Below, piece after piece: positions 17,702 to 26,905 of a DNA stretch of 64,000 nucleotides. The DNA comes from Planctomycetota bacterium (lineage in GTDB: Bacteria > Planctomycetota > B15-G4 > JADJEK01). The notes beneath the pieces were generated by a model. The model was not told the DNA's origin and did not search any database. It saw only the letters and a program-made list of their open reading frames with translations. The translations under genes and the position numbers were made by a program. Each line of letters starts with the position of its first letter. The stretch's first letter is position 1. The DNA lies in contig JBGAIQ010000001.1 in assembly GCA_044225365.1 (NCBI GenBank), forward strand, positions 96,001-160,000, given 5' to 3'.

Positions 17702-19066
17702 ATGTCGAAGCCCGAAACGATCGTAGACGAAACGTCTCCCCGAGTACTTCTCGAAGTATTCGGATGTCAGATGAACGTCGTCGACGCCGAACTCGTCCTC
17801 GGCCGGCTCCGCAAGTTGCACTACGTGGAGACCCGTGACTACGACGCGGCGGATGTCGTGGTCTTCAACACTTGCTCCGTGCGTGGCCATGCCGAGGATC
17901 GCGTGATCTCCCGGCTCGGCGCACTGCGTCAATGGAAGCGCTCGAAGAGGGGTCGCGTGCTCGCGGTGATGGGTTGCATGGCGCAACGGGAGGCTGCCGA
18001 CATACGGAGGCGAATGCCTCACGTCGACGTCATCACCGGCACCAAGGACTTTCCGAAGCTGGCCGATCTCGTCGAGCAGGCGCGCGCGGGAAGCGGGCCT
18101 TTCGTCGTCATCGATGGTGAACTCCGTCCGGACATCGAACGGATGCCGGTTACGCGTCCGCAGCCGTATCAAGCCTACGTCACGATCATGCGGGGCTGCA
18201 ATCGACCCTGCACCTACTGCATCGTTCCGACGGTTCGGGGGCGCGAGGTCAGTCGTCCGGTCGAAGAAGTCGTGTCGGAAGTCGAGGCACTCGTCAACGA
18301 TGGCGTCGTCGAGATCTGCTTGCTGGGGCAGACGGTGAACGCCTACGACGGCGGCTCGCGGGGAGCCGCGACGCTGGGAACCCTGCTACGGCGGCTCGAT
18401 CGAGTGCCGGGACTTCGTCGCCTCCGGTTCGTCACCTCGCATCCACGTGACTTCGACGACGACACCATGGACGCCATGGGCGAGTGCTCGAAGCTCGATC
18501 GCTTCCTCCACATGCCGGTGCAATCGGGATCGGATCGGATCCTTCGCGCGATGAAGCGCGGCTATTCCGTCGAGCGCTACCGCCGCATCGTCGACGCGAT
18601 TCGAACGCGGGTACCGGACATGCAGATCGGCTGCGACTGGATCGTCGGTTTCCCGGGTGAGACGGAAGAGGACTTCGCTCAGAGCGTTGCCCTCTGCGAA
18701 GAGATGCGCTTCGTGCAGTCGTTCGTCTTCAAGTACTCGCCGCGCCCAGGTACCGAGGCCGAGCAGAAGCTCGTCGATGATGTACCCGATGCCGTAAAGA
18801 AGGAGCGCAATCAGCGATTGCTCGCGGCCCAGGAGTCCGTTTCGATCGACGAGAACAAGAAGCGAATCGGGTCGGAGGCCGAGATCCTGATCGAAGGCAC
18901 GAGCCGGATCGACGAGACTCGTCTCATGGGGCGCGACTCCGCACATCGAATCGTCGTCGTTCCACGGGGTACGCACGAAGGGTTGCGGGCGGGAGCGTTC
19001 GCGCGAGTGCGGATCGTCGACTCGACGGCGCTCACGCTGGTGGGCGAAGTCGTCGAATTGACGTGA
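17702..19066 (+). CDS. miaB: tRNA methylthiotransferase MiaB
   Basis: FGCQMN, NTCSVR, GCMAQ, radical SAM CNRPCTYC, IVGFPGETEEDF, YSPRPGT, TRAM domain. Confidence 0.96.
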   Translation: MSKPETIVDETSPRVLLEVFGCQMNVVDAELVLGRLRKLHYVETRDYDAADVVVFNTCSVRGHAEDRVISRLGALRQWKRSKRGRVLAVMGCMAQREAADIRRRMPHVDVITGTKDFPKLADLVEQARAGSGPFVVIDGELRPDIERMPVTRPQPYQAYVTIMRGCNRPCTYCIVPTVRGREVSRPVEEVVSEVEALVNDGVVEICLLGQTVNAYDGGSRGAATLGTLLRRLDRVPGLRRLRFVTSHPRDFDDDTMDAMGECSKLDRFLHMPVQSGSDRILRAMKRGYSVERYRRIVDAIRTRVPDMQIGCDWIVGFPGETEEDFAQSVALCEEMRFVQSFVFKYSPRPGTEAEQKLVDDVPDAVKKERNQRLLAAQESVSIDENKKRIGSEAEILIEGTSRIDETRLMGRDSAHRIVVVPRGTHEGLRAGAFARVRIVDSTALTLVGEVVELT

Positions 19067-19070
19067 GCCG

Positions 19071-20168
19071 ATGAGCAATGCGGTAGATCTTGGGTTCCTC
19101 GAGCGCGCAGCCAAGATCGCTGAATCGGGCGCACTCGCCGTCGAACCCAATCCGCAAGTGGGTGCCGTGATCGTCCGCGATGGAGAGGTCGTGGGTGAGG
19201 GTGCCCATACTCGATACGGCGGCGCCCACGCCGAGGTCCTCGCGCTGCTCGCGGCAGGGGAGCGCGCTCGTGGGGCTACGTGCTACGTCACCCTGGAGCC
19301 GTGCTCCACGCAGGGCAAGACGCCGCCCTGCACCGAGGCGATCTCGAGAGCGGGCATCGCGCGAGTGGTCTTCGGTGTCGCCGATCCGAATCCGCTGCAT
19401 CATGGCCGTGCGCGAGCATTTCTCGCGACGGCCGGGATTCAGGTCGAAGGTCCGATCGCTCCCCATCTCGCGCCGGGATTGTTGCGGCGGTTTCAGCGAT
19501 TCCTCGGCTCCGATCGGCCGTACGTGATCGCGAAGTGGGCCATGACGTTGGACGGGAAGATCGCGACGAGGACGCGCGCGTCGCAATGGCTCACGGGTGA
19601 CGCCGCGCGGGCGAGCGTCCACGAACTGCGGGGGCATGTCGATGCGATCGCGGTGGGAAGTGGAACCGTGCGCGCCGACCGGCCACGGCTCACCGCACGG
19701 CCCACGGGGCCCCGCACGCCGCAGCGAGTCGTGTTCGATCGACATCTCGAGGTGCCGCTGGACTGGCCGGCGCTCTCCGACGGCGGACCGGGAGTGATCC
19801 TGCTCGGAGGCCGAGCGAGCGACCCATCGAAAGGTCGAAGATTACGGGATCTGGGGGTGGAAGTGCTCCTGGTCGACGGGGCGGATCGGGCCTCCCACGC
19901 ACGCGCAGGGCTTCAGGAGTTGCGCACTCGCGGGATCGCGCGACTCCTCGTCGAGGGAGGTGCAGGTTTGCTCGGCGCGCTGTTCGAAGCACGATGCGTC
20001 GACCAGGTGTGCGCCTTCGTCGCGCCCATCGTCTTGGGCGGCGAGGCGGCGCCGTCGCCGGTCGCTGGACAGGGTGCGGCGTCGCTTCGCGATGGCATTC
20101 GCATCACCGCTGCCAGTTGGTCCAAACTCGGTGACGACTATCGTCTCGAGGGCTTCGTCGCCGAGTAG
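19071..20168 (+). CDS. ribD: Riboflavin biosynthesis deaminase/reductase RibD
   Basis: PNP.VG, HAE, TLEPC…TPPC, KWAMTLDGKIA, LLVEGG. Confidence 0.95.
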   Translation: MSNAVDLGFLERAAKIAESGALAVEPNPQVGAVIVRDGEVVGEGAHTRYGGAHAEVLALLAAGERARGATCYVTLEPCSTQGKTPPCTEAISRAGIARVVFGVADPNPLHHGRARAFLATAGIQVEGPIAPHLAPGLLRRFQRFLGSDRPYVIAKWAMTLDGKIATRTRASQWLTGDAARASVHELRGHVDAIAVGSGTVRADRPRLTARPTGPRTPQRVVFDRHLEVPLDWPALSDGGPGVILLGGRASDPSKGRRLRDLGVEVLLVDGADRASHARAGLQELRTRGIARLLVEGGAGLLGALFEARCVDQVCAFVAPIVLGGEAAPSPVAGQGAASLRDGIRITAASWSKLGDDYRLEGFVAE

Positions 20169-20180
20169 TGGACTGCAACG

Positions 20181-20214
20181 CGCGCGGGGCGCGACCTTCG
20201 TCTCGCCCCGCACG
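20181..20214. terminator. GC-rich hairpin between convergent genes
   Basis: GCGGGGCG…CGCCCCGC stem; no clear U tract. Confidence 0.4.
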
Positions 20215-20249
20215 ATTCGGATCGGGAACCGCTAGGGACCGCGATTCGT

Positions 20250-22700
20250 TCAACCGCCTCCGTTGCTCCCAGCGGGCGGAGCCTCGCCGCCGTTTCCGCC
20301 CGTTGGGCCCGGTGCCGGAGCGGGAGGCGCGCCGTCTTGCGTGGGCTGCTTGGGCGTTTCCGACTTGCCGCCCGTCTCATCGGCTTGGCCCGGTGCTCCG
20401 TCCTTTTCGGACCGGATCGACTTGTTCTCCTCGCCATCCTTCTCGAGGAGCTTTTTGATCTCGTCGATCCGCTTCTCGAACGCGGAGGCCACGCTGTCGT
20501 TCGCGTCCTTCGCGAGGACTCCGGAGAACGCGTCGTCCGCCTTCTCGAGGTCTCCCGAGAAGAAGGCCACGTAGCCCGAGAGCATCCATGCGTCGAGGTC
20601 GTCGGGATGACTCTTGAGGAAAGAGTCGAGCGCGAGGGTCTGCTCCTCGAGATCGGCTTGCTCCGAGTAGAGATCGCGTAGATCCGAGCCGATCGAAGGC
20701 CAGTTCGGTCGCAGTTCCATCGCGCGGCGAATCAAGAACGCAGCGTAGCCGTATTCACCGAGCGCGAACTGAGCGTGGGCCATGGCGAACTTCGCGACGC
20801 TGTTGTTGCGCTCTGCGAGCATGGCTTTGCGGAACGCATCCGATGCGCCGAGGTAGTCCCGGTTCTTGAAGGCCTCGGAACCCGCCTTCAACTGGTTCAT
20901 CGCGCCGTCGTTCTTCGAAAGTTGTTCGAGTTCGGCGGCGAAATCGGAATCGACTTCGTCCTTCGGAATCTCGCCCGTGACGGTCGGGGCGCCGTTGGAG
21001 CCGGTCGTTGCGCCACCGCTCGCATCGGTGGGTGGGGGACCCGCGTCGCCCGACGGCGTGTCATAGTAGTTGTAGTAGTTCACGACCGAGCCGCCGTTGT
21101 CGTAAACGGGGTAGTAGGTCGGGACGTACGTCACGTAGTGCGGATAGACGTAGTAGCTCGGCCACCACTCGCACCACCACCAGCTCGAGTAGCAGGGGTG
21201 GAATCCGAACCAATCGCAGTACCACGAGAAGTGACTCGGGTAGTAATGCCATCCGAAGTGGGAATGACAGTTGAACTTCCAGATGAACGTGTCGTGGTGG
21301 AAGTTCGACTTGAAGCTGAAGGAGGCGCTGGACTTCGAGAACTTCGCGCCAAACGTCTTGTTCGACTTGAAGCTTCCCTTCTTGTTCGCGCCGGGGCCGC
21401 CGAACTTCAGCTTGTCGTTCGTCGAGACCTTGGAGGCGTCGGAGTTCGCGTTCTTGCGGCCCCGCTCGCCGAAGCTGTTGCGATAGGTGTCTTCGAGAGA
21501 ACTCTTGCCCTTCGTTCCATCGCGCCCGCTCCGATCGCTATCGACTCGGGTGTCCGTGCGGTCGCTGTTCTTCCCGGCTTCACGATCGCTTCGATTGCCG
21601 AGCCCACCGGCCTTGCTGCCATCGGTTCGCCCTTCGCCCTTCCCGACCTTGTCGCCGAAGGAGTGAACCGTGATGGGCTTTCCAAGGCCGTCCTCTTTCG
21701 AGGTGTCGCCGAACTTGCCGAATCGAGAACTCGAGAGCCCCGAACTCCCGGAACTTCCCGAGCCGCCGGAGCTCTTCCGCCCTTCGCCGGAGTGGGAGAA
21801 GGAGCCTGGGTCGATTCGCTTGCCGAGCACATCGTCGCCCGAGTTGCGATTGCCGGAATTGGGATTGGGATCGCTACGATCGCCGGAGGACCCTCCGAAT
21901 TTCCCGGAGTCCGACTTGCTTCGATTGCCTCCGTCGGTACTGCCGCCGAAGGGCGAACGGTTGCCGCTCGCCGAATCGTTCGAGCGAGAGCCTCCGGAAT
22001 TGCCCGAAGAACCACCGGATGGACCGTCGTTCCGACCGCCTCCAGAGTTCTTGCCGAGGCCGCCGGAGTTTCCGGGGTTCGATCCCCCGTCCTGATTGCG
22101 ATTACCCTTCGAGCCGCTGCTGGATCCGAACGGGTTGCTACCGCCGCCGCCGCTCGAACCACCGCCACCGTTCGAATGGCCTCCACCCGCGCCGGAACCG
22201 CTGGAACCAAAGGGGTTCCCGCCTCCACTATTGGAACGTCCGCCGCCGCCACCCGATCCAAACGGGTTGCCGCCGCCACCGCCATTCGAGTGACCACCGC
22301 CACCACCACCCGAACCGAACGGATTCCCGCCGCCGCTACCGCCATTCGAATGGCCACCCCCGCCGCCACCACCACCGCCGCCATTCCCATTACCGCCGGA
22401 ATGGCCGCCACCGTGGCCGCCGCCGGAACTCGGATCACTGCCGCCACCGCCGCCATTGTGTCCGCCACCACCACCGCCACCACCGAACGCGACCGGAACA
22501 GGGTGGGGGAGGCGCCGCGCCATGACGTCCGAGTGCGATGCTTCCGCCTTCGAGACGACGGCGCGAATCGGGTCCTCGGCGGCGTCGACCCTTCGAGACA
22601 GCGACATCAGAGCCGTCAGAGTCAGCGCAACCGTCGATAGGGTGACGATCGTATTCGAGGACTTGACAATCATCGGAAGCACTCCGCTTCGTCGAGGCAT
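20250..22700 (-). CDS. Secreted Gly/Ser-rich FG-repeat protein with aromatic block and C-terminal TPR (start 22700 or 22673)
   Basis: Hydrophobic N-terminus; long G/S/N low-complexity region with NPFG repeats; W/Y/C/H-rich segment; TPR motifs. Confidence 0.82.
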   Translation of the reverse strand: MPRRSGVLPMIVKSSNTIVTLSTVALTLTALMSLSRRVDAAEDPIRAVVSKAEASHSDVMARRLPHPVPVAFGGGGGGGGHNGGGGGSDPSSGGGHGGGHSGGNGNGGGGGGGGGGHSNGGSGGGNPFGSGGGGGGHSNGGGGGNPFGSGGGGGRSNSGGGNPFGSSGSGAGGGHSNGGGGSSGGGGSNPFGSSSGSKGNRNQDGGSNPGNSGGLGKNSGGGRNDGPSGGSSGNSGGSRSNDSASGNRSPFGGSTDGGNRSKSDSGKFGGSSGDRSDPNPNSGNRNSGDDVLGKRIDPGSFSHSGEGRKSSGGSGSSGSSGLSSSRFGKFGDTSKEDGLGKPITVHSFGDKVGKGEGRTDGSKAGGLGNRSDREAGKNSDRTDTRVDSDRSGRDGTKGKSSLEDTYRNSFGERGRKNANSDASKVSTNDKLKFGGPGANKKGSFKSNKTFGAKFSKSSASFSFKSNFHHDTFIWKFNCHSHFGWHYYPSHFSWYCDWFGFHPCYSSWWWCEWWPSYYVYPHYVTYVPTYYPVYDNGGSVVNYYNYYDTPSGDAGPPPTDASGGATTGSNGAPTVTGEIPKDEVDSDFAAELEQLSKNDGAMNQLKAGSEAFKNRDYLGASDAFRKAMLAERNNSVAKFAMAHAQFALGEYGYAAFLIRRAMELRPNWPSIGSDLRDLYSEQADLEEQTLALDSFLKSHPDDLDAWMLSGYVAFFSGDLEKADDAFSGVLAKDANDSVASAFEKRIDEIKKLLEKDGEENKSIRSEKDGAPGQADETGGKSETPKQPTQDGAPPAPAPGPTGGNGGEAPPAGSNGGG
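22120..22360 (-). repeat. Imperfect coding tandem repeat, (G)nHSNGG…NPFGS x4
   Basis: Four NPFGS units with synonymous codon divergence. Confidence 0.75.
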
Positions 22701-22926
22701 GGTACGTTGGAACGAGATTTCAGCGGGGAATCCATCGCGACCGAACGCGTTCACCCATTCTATTCATTCTTCGCGATCCACTCTTCTCGCACTTTTCGGC
22801 TCGGGTCGCTCCGTTTCGCGAGTGAATCGGGCCGGTTGGAGCCCGTGAATACGAGCCCAGGATACCCCTAGGGCGTCGCACTTGCGCGCCGCCGTCGGTG
22901 GCGGGTCGCGGGTGAACTCTCGAGCG

Positions 22927-24270
22927 TCACTTTCCCGGGCTGGGGAGGAACCAGGAGGCGTATTTCGAGTCCGCCGCCATCGCACCGAATTCGGCATATT
23001 GACGGGGTAGAGTCGAGAAGTCCTCGTCGGCCAAGGCGCTCTTCAGCTCCTTGAACCACTTCACGGCCTCGGCCGGCTGATCGTTCGCGGCCTCGCAACG
23101 CGCGAGCGCCACGTAGACCCGTTCGGGTTGCCGAGGTTTCTGTTTCTCCTTCTTCCAGCCGTCCAACAAGTCGCGCTTCGCCTTCGCGTATTCGCGGAGT
23201 CGCAGGTAGACCTCCGCGCGGTTGTAGATCAAGTTTACGTTCTTGGGCTCGTCCTTGATCTGCTTGTCGTAGGGGGCGATCGCGGAATCGATTCCGCTCG
23301 AGTCACCGAGTTCGCGCAGTTCGAGTGCGACGTGCTCGAGGAGCACTCCACTCGACGTCTTCACGGCTTCGCTTAGCGCGACGATCGCCTTTCTTTTCGA
23401 GTTGTCGTACTTCTTCCCAATGGCTCCCACCGCACCGGCTGCCGCGCGGCGACTCTCGGCGGACTTCAGGTTGTCGTCGAGGCAATGGCTTGCGGATTCG
23501 AGCGCCTCGGTGAGCGGGTGCCGCGCGTAGAAGTCGAAACACGCGATCAGGACCGCATCGACAGGGGTCGACGATTTCATCTCGCTCTCGAGACGTTTGG
23601 CGATGTCCTCGGTGGGGGTCTTCTCGTCGAGCCGAGCGAGGGAGGCGATCGCGATCGCCGCGAAACTGGGCTCTGGGTTCTTCACGTAGGGAAGCAAGGT
23701 CGCGACGGCGTCCGGCCCACCGAGTCGACCGATCGCGCCGAGTGCCTCGGCCACCACGCTCTTGTCCTTGCTCGCGAGGAGCCCCTTCGCGATGGGAGCG
23801 AGCGTGGGATCGCCGCGCTCGCCGATGGCGAGCGCCGTATTGCGTTGGCCGGGAATGCCGCCTTCCTTTGCGAGGCGGATGAGTGCCGCGTTCACCGCTT
23901 GACCGCTGATGCGCGCCAAGGCGCGTGCGGCGTTGCGCCCGGTGAACTGGGCGGCATTGCCCTTGTCCGAATCCGCATGATCCATCGCCTTCACGAGGTC
24001 GTCGATCGCGATCGAGCCGATGCGCGAGATCTCGGCGAGGCGTGACATCACGAAGAGATCGTCGTCGCGCACCGAGAGTTCGCCGAGGAGCGTCTTGAGC
24101 CGGGCGTGGAGCGTCGCCGCCTCGCGCTGTGCCTCCGTGCGGGCGATCGAGACCAGGTCGCGACCGGCTGCAGCGGGCGCTGCGGGATCGTCGGCGGCGT
24201 TCGCGCTCGCGCGCGTCGAAAGGAGGGTCACGACGAGGATGCTGGCGTGGAGTCGCGAATTCAGCGGCAT
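22927..24270 (-). CDS. Secreted HEAT-repeat + TPR protein
   Basis: Signal peptide (…RASANA), several HEAT repeats, C-terminal TPRs (YNRAEVY..LREY.KA..D). Confidence 0.8.
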   Translation of the reverse strand: MPLNSRLHASILVVTLLSTRASANAADDPAAPAAAGRDLVSIARTEAQREAATLHARLKTLLGELSVRDDDLFVMSRLAEISRIGSIAIDDLVKAMDHADSDKGNAAQFTGRNAARALARISGQAVNAALIRLAKEGGIPGQRNTALAIGERGDPTLAPIAKGLLASKDKSVVAEALGAIGRLGGPDAVATLLPYVKNPEPSFAAIAIASLARLDEKTPTEDIAKRLESEMKSSTPVDAVLIACFDFYARHPLTEALESASHCLDDNLKSAESRRAAAGAVGAIGKKYDNSKRKAIVALSEAVKTSSGVLLEHVALELRELGDSSGIDSAIAPYDKQIKDEPKNVNLIYNRAEVYLRLREYAKAKRDLLDGWKKEKQKPRQPERVYVALARCEAANDQPAEAVKWFKELKSALADEDFSTLPRQYAEFGAMAADSKYASWFLPSPGK

Positions 24271-24291
24271 GGGTGCACTCGCGGTTCGGCT

Positions 24292-24939
24292 CTAGGATTC
24301 GGCGGAGGTCGGAGGCTTCTGTTGCAGATTGCGAAGGGCTTGCTTGATCACGTCCTCGAGAGGCGCTGTTCGGCCCTTGCTCGCGAGGGCGCTCGTGGCG
24401 GCACTCTCTGCGACGCCCTTCGCATACCCGAGATGCACCAGCGTGGCAACCGCATCCCGAAGGATCGGATCCTCGAACGTCTCGACGAATCGACCACGCC
24501 CGTTCTCGGACGAATCCGCGATGACGGCCGCCATGGTGTCGAGTTTGCTCGTCAGTTCGAGGATCAATCGCTGCGCCAGCTTGTCGCCGATCCCGCGCAC
24601 GGTCCGGAAGCGCTTCGAGTCCTTCTCGGCGATGGTGCGCACGATGGTCGAAGGCGGCATGGCGGACAGCAGGGCGATCGCCTTTTCGGGACCGAGGCCC
24701 GCAACCGAGAGTAGCGTCGAGAACGTCGCGCGTTCACCGGCTCGGATGAAGCCGTAGAGCGAGAACTCCTCTTCCCGCAATCGAAGATGGCAGTACAGCC
24801 GGACGGTCTCTCCGACCTTCAATTGCTCGATCGTGCTGGACGAAGCTGGGACTCGCAACCGCAGCGCGAATGCGCCGCAATCGAGAACGGCTTCGCCGGG
24901 AGCGGCTTCGAGGATTCGACCGATCACGGAATCGAGCAA
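24292..24939 (-). CDS. ruvA: Holliday junction branch migration protein RuvA
   Basis: LYGF, LLSVAGLGP..A, V.GIG.K.AQR.ILEL, C-terminal L..LGY. Confidence 0.93.
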   Translation of the reverse strand: MLDSVIGRILEAAPGEAVLDCGAFALRLRVPASSSTIEQLKVGETVRLYCHLRLREEEFSLYGFIRAGERATFSTLLSVAGLGPEKAIALLSAMPPSTIVRTIAEKDSKRFRTVRGIGDKLAQRLILELTSKLDTMAAVIADSSENGRGRFVETFEDPILRDAVATLVHLGYAKGVAESAATSALASKGRTAPLEDVIKQALRNLQQKPPTSAES

Positions 24940-24974
24940 GCGTTACCTCTTCGATCCGTGCCTCGAAATTGCCC

Positions 24975-26288
24975 TCAACCGCGCAGCGTCAGATCGAGGT
25001 CGGCGAGCTTCTTCTTGATCTCGAGCAGCGACGTTTGACCGAAATTCTTGCAGGCCAATAGATGGTCTTCCGTGAGCTCGCAGAGCTGGCCGATCGTCGC
25101 GACCTTGAGGGTGTCGAGCGCGCGGCGCGAGCGAACCGAGAGATCGAGGTCTGCGATCGGCTTCGCGCGCACGGCGTCGCGATCGACATCGGAGCGACGG
25201 CGCGGGCCGCCGCCGCGGCGATCGTCATCGTCGGTATGCATCCCGAGCCGCAGGCCCTTGCTGCGCAAGATCTCCTTGATCTCGTTCAGCGAGGTCTCGC
25301 CGAAATTCTTGAAGGACAGGAGTTCCGCCTCGGTCTTGCGGATGAGGTCGCCAAGCGAACGGATGTTCATCCGAGCGAGGCAGTTTCGCGAGCGGACGGA
25401 GAGTTCGAAGTCGGTGACCGGGATCTTCAGGATCTGGGCGCGCTTGTCGTCCTTGCGCTCCTTCTCCTCGTCGTAGAACATCTCGACCGACGCCTGAGCG
25501 TCGACGCTGTACATGCGACCGAGCGGATGGTTGTAGTCGTGCGCGAGCACGAGTCGGTAGCAGCTCGCCGCACGGTCGTAGTTGCCCGCATCCTCGTACA
25601 GGAGCCCGAGGTTGATGAGGACGCCGACCGGCACCGGGAAGACCTGCTTCAAACGTTCATAGTGTTGGATCGCATCGGCGTCGCGACCCATGAGGTCGAG
25701 GCGATACGCGAGCCGGAACCGCGCGAGGCGATGATCCGGGTTGAGCGACAGCGCGCGCTCGTAGTTCCCGATGGCCGTCGCATAGTCGCCATCGATCTCC
25801 TGGAGGCGCCCCTCGAGGTAGGCCGAGTCCGAGCTGCGCGGATCGGCGGCGGAGACGCTTTGTGCGATCTTCTCGAGCGCGTCGCGGTCTTCGAGACGGG
25901 CGACGGCTTCGCCGAGGACGACGCGGAATTCGATCGGAGCATTTTTGCCCGCGATGTCCTCGAGGAACTTGCGCGCACGCGCAGCATCATCGGCATCGAG
26001 CGCCGTGAGGCCGAGGAGGAACGCGGCGAGGGGCTGGCGCGACTTCTCGAGAGTGATCGCGGCGTCGGCGTTCTTGCCGGCAGCCCACAGTCCGATCGCG
26101 CGCCGCAACGCATTCTGAGCGTCGCCGCTTCCCGCAGGGAACTTCTCGTTCAGGAAACGCAGGAAACTCTCGCGGCGCTCTTCGGTGCGATAGACCTCAC
26201 GACGTAGTTCGAACACATCGCTCGGCGTGAGCGGGTCACGGCGCAATAGTTCGTCGACGTCGATTTCGAGAGCGAGGTTGTTGGTCAT
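24975..26288 (-). CDS. TPR protein with two RNA polymerase alpha-CTD domains
   Basis: TPRs then [10 protein letters not shown]…NFGETSL.EI and [10 protein letters not shown]…NFGQTSL.EI. Confidence 0.9.
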   Translation of the reverse strand: MTNNLALEIDVDELLRRDPLTPSDVFELRREVYRTEERRESFLRFLNEKFPAGSGDAQNALRRAIGLWAAGKNADAAITLEKSRQPLAAFLLGLTALDADDAARARKFLEDIAGKNAPIEFRVVLGEAVARLEDRDALEKIAQSVSAADPRSSDSAYLEGRLQEIDGDYATAIGNYERALSLNPDHRLARFRLAYRLDLMGRDADAIQHYERLKQVFPVPVGVLINLGLLYEDAGNYDRAASCYRLVLAHDYNHPLGRMYSVDAQASVEMFYDEEKERKDDKRAQILKIPVTDFELSVRSRNCLARMNIRSLGDLIRKTEAELLSFKNFGETSLNEIKEILRSKGLRLGMHTDDDDRRGGGPRRRSDVDRDAVRAKPIADLDLSVRSRRALDTLKVATIGQLCELTEDHLLACKNFGQTSLLEIKKKLADLDLTLRG

Positions 26289-26544
26289 TGCGGTTCGCTT
26301 CCTGCGGGTCCTTCAGATACTTCGGCGGATGCTTCGGATCCGGCGCGATGAGTGATCTCGCCACGGATGTACTGCCGCTGAATTGATCTCGCGCCATGCG
26401 TCGCGTATCGTCACGCGTCGCTCGCGAGTTCGAGCGGTCAGTCCTTGCCCTGCACCCGTTTCTCTGGTTGCCTGGCGAGCACGAATCGAACGATTCTAGG
26501 ACGGAAGCAATTCGCGTCAAGAACAGCCTGGACTCTACTGAAAC

Positions 26545-26892
26545 ATGAGTTGCATCTTCTGTCGGATCGTCAAGGGTGAGATTCCGGCGCGCGTCGTGTT
26601 CCAGGACGAGCACGTCCTCGCGTTCCACGACATCCACCCCAAGGCCCCGGTCCACGTCCTCGTGATCCCCAAGATCCATCGCGAGAGCATCGCGGATCTC
26701 GATGACGGGGCGGACGCCGCGCTCGCGGGACGCCTCATCCTCGCGGTGAAAAAGGTCGCGGAAGCGACTGGAATCGCGGTGAAGGGGTATCGCGTCCTCA
26801 GCAACGTGCGCGACGATGGGGGCCAGGAAGTCCCGCACCTTCATTTCCACGTCGTTGGCGGCCGCAGAATTGGCGCCATGCTCCCGAGTTGA
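26545..26892 (+). CDS. HIT-family nucleotide-binding protein (HinT-like)
   Basis: CIFC, AF.DI.P.APVH.LVIPK, GQEVPHLHFH. Confidence 0.93.
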   Translation: MSCIFCRIVKGEIPARVVFQDEHVLAFHDIHPKAPVHVLVIPKIHRESIADLDDGADAALAGRLILAVKKVAEATGIAVKGYRVLSNVRDDGGQEVPHLHFHVVGGRRIGAMLPS

Positions 26893-26905
26893 AAGAGACG
26901 AATCG

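Noticed and set aside
22100-22490. CRISPR array or DNA satellite in the ccgccgcca-rich stretch
   Set aside because: It is the reverse complement of Gly codons; repeats are protein-level with synonymous variation and no repeat-spacer structure.
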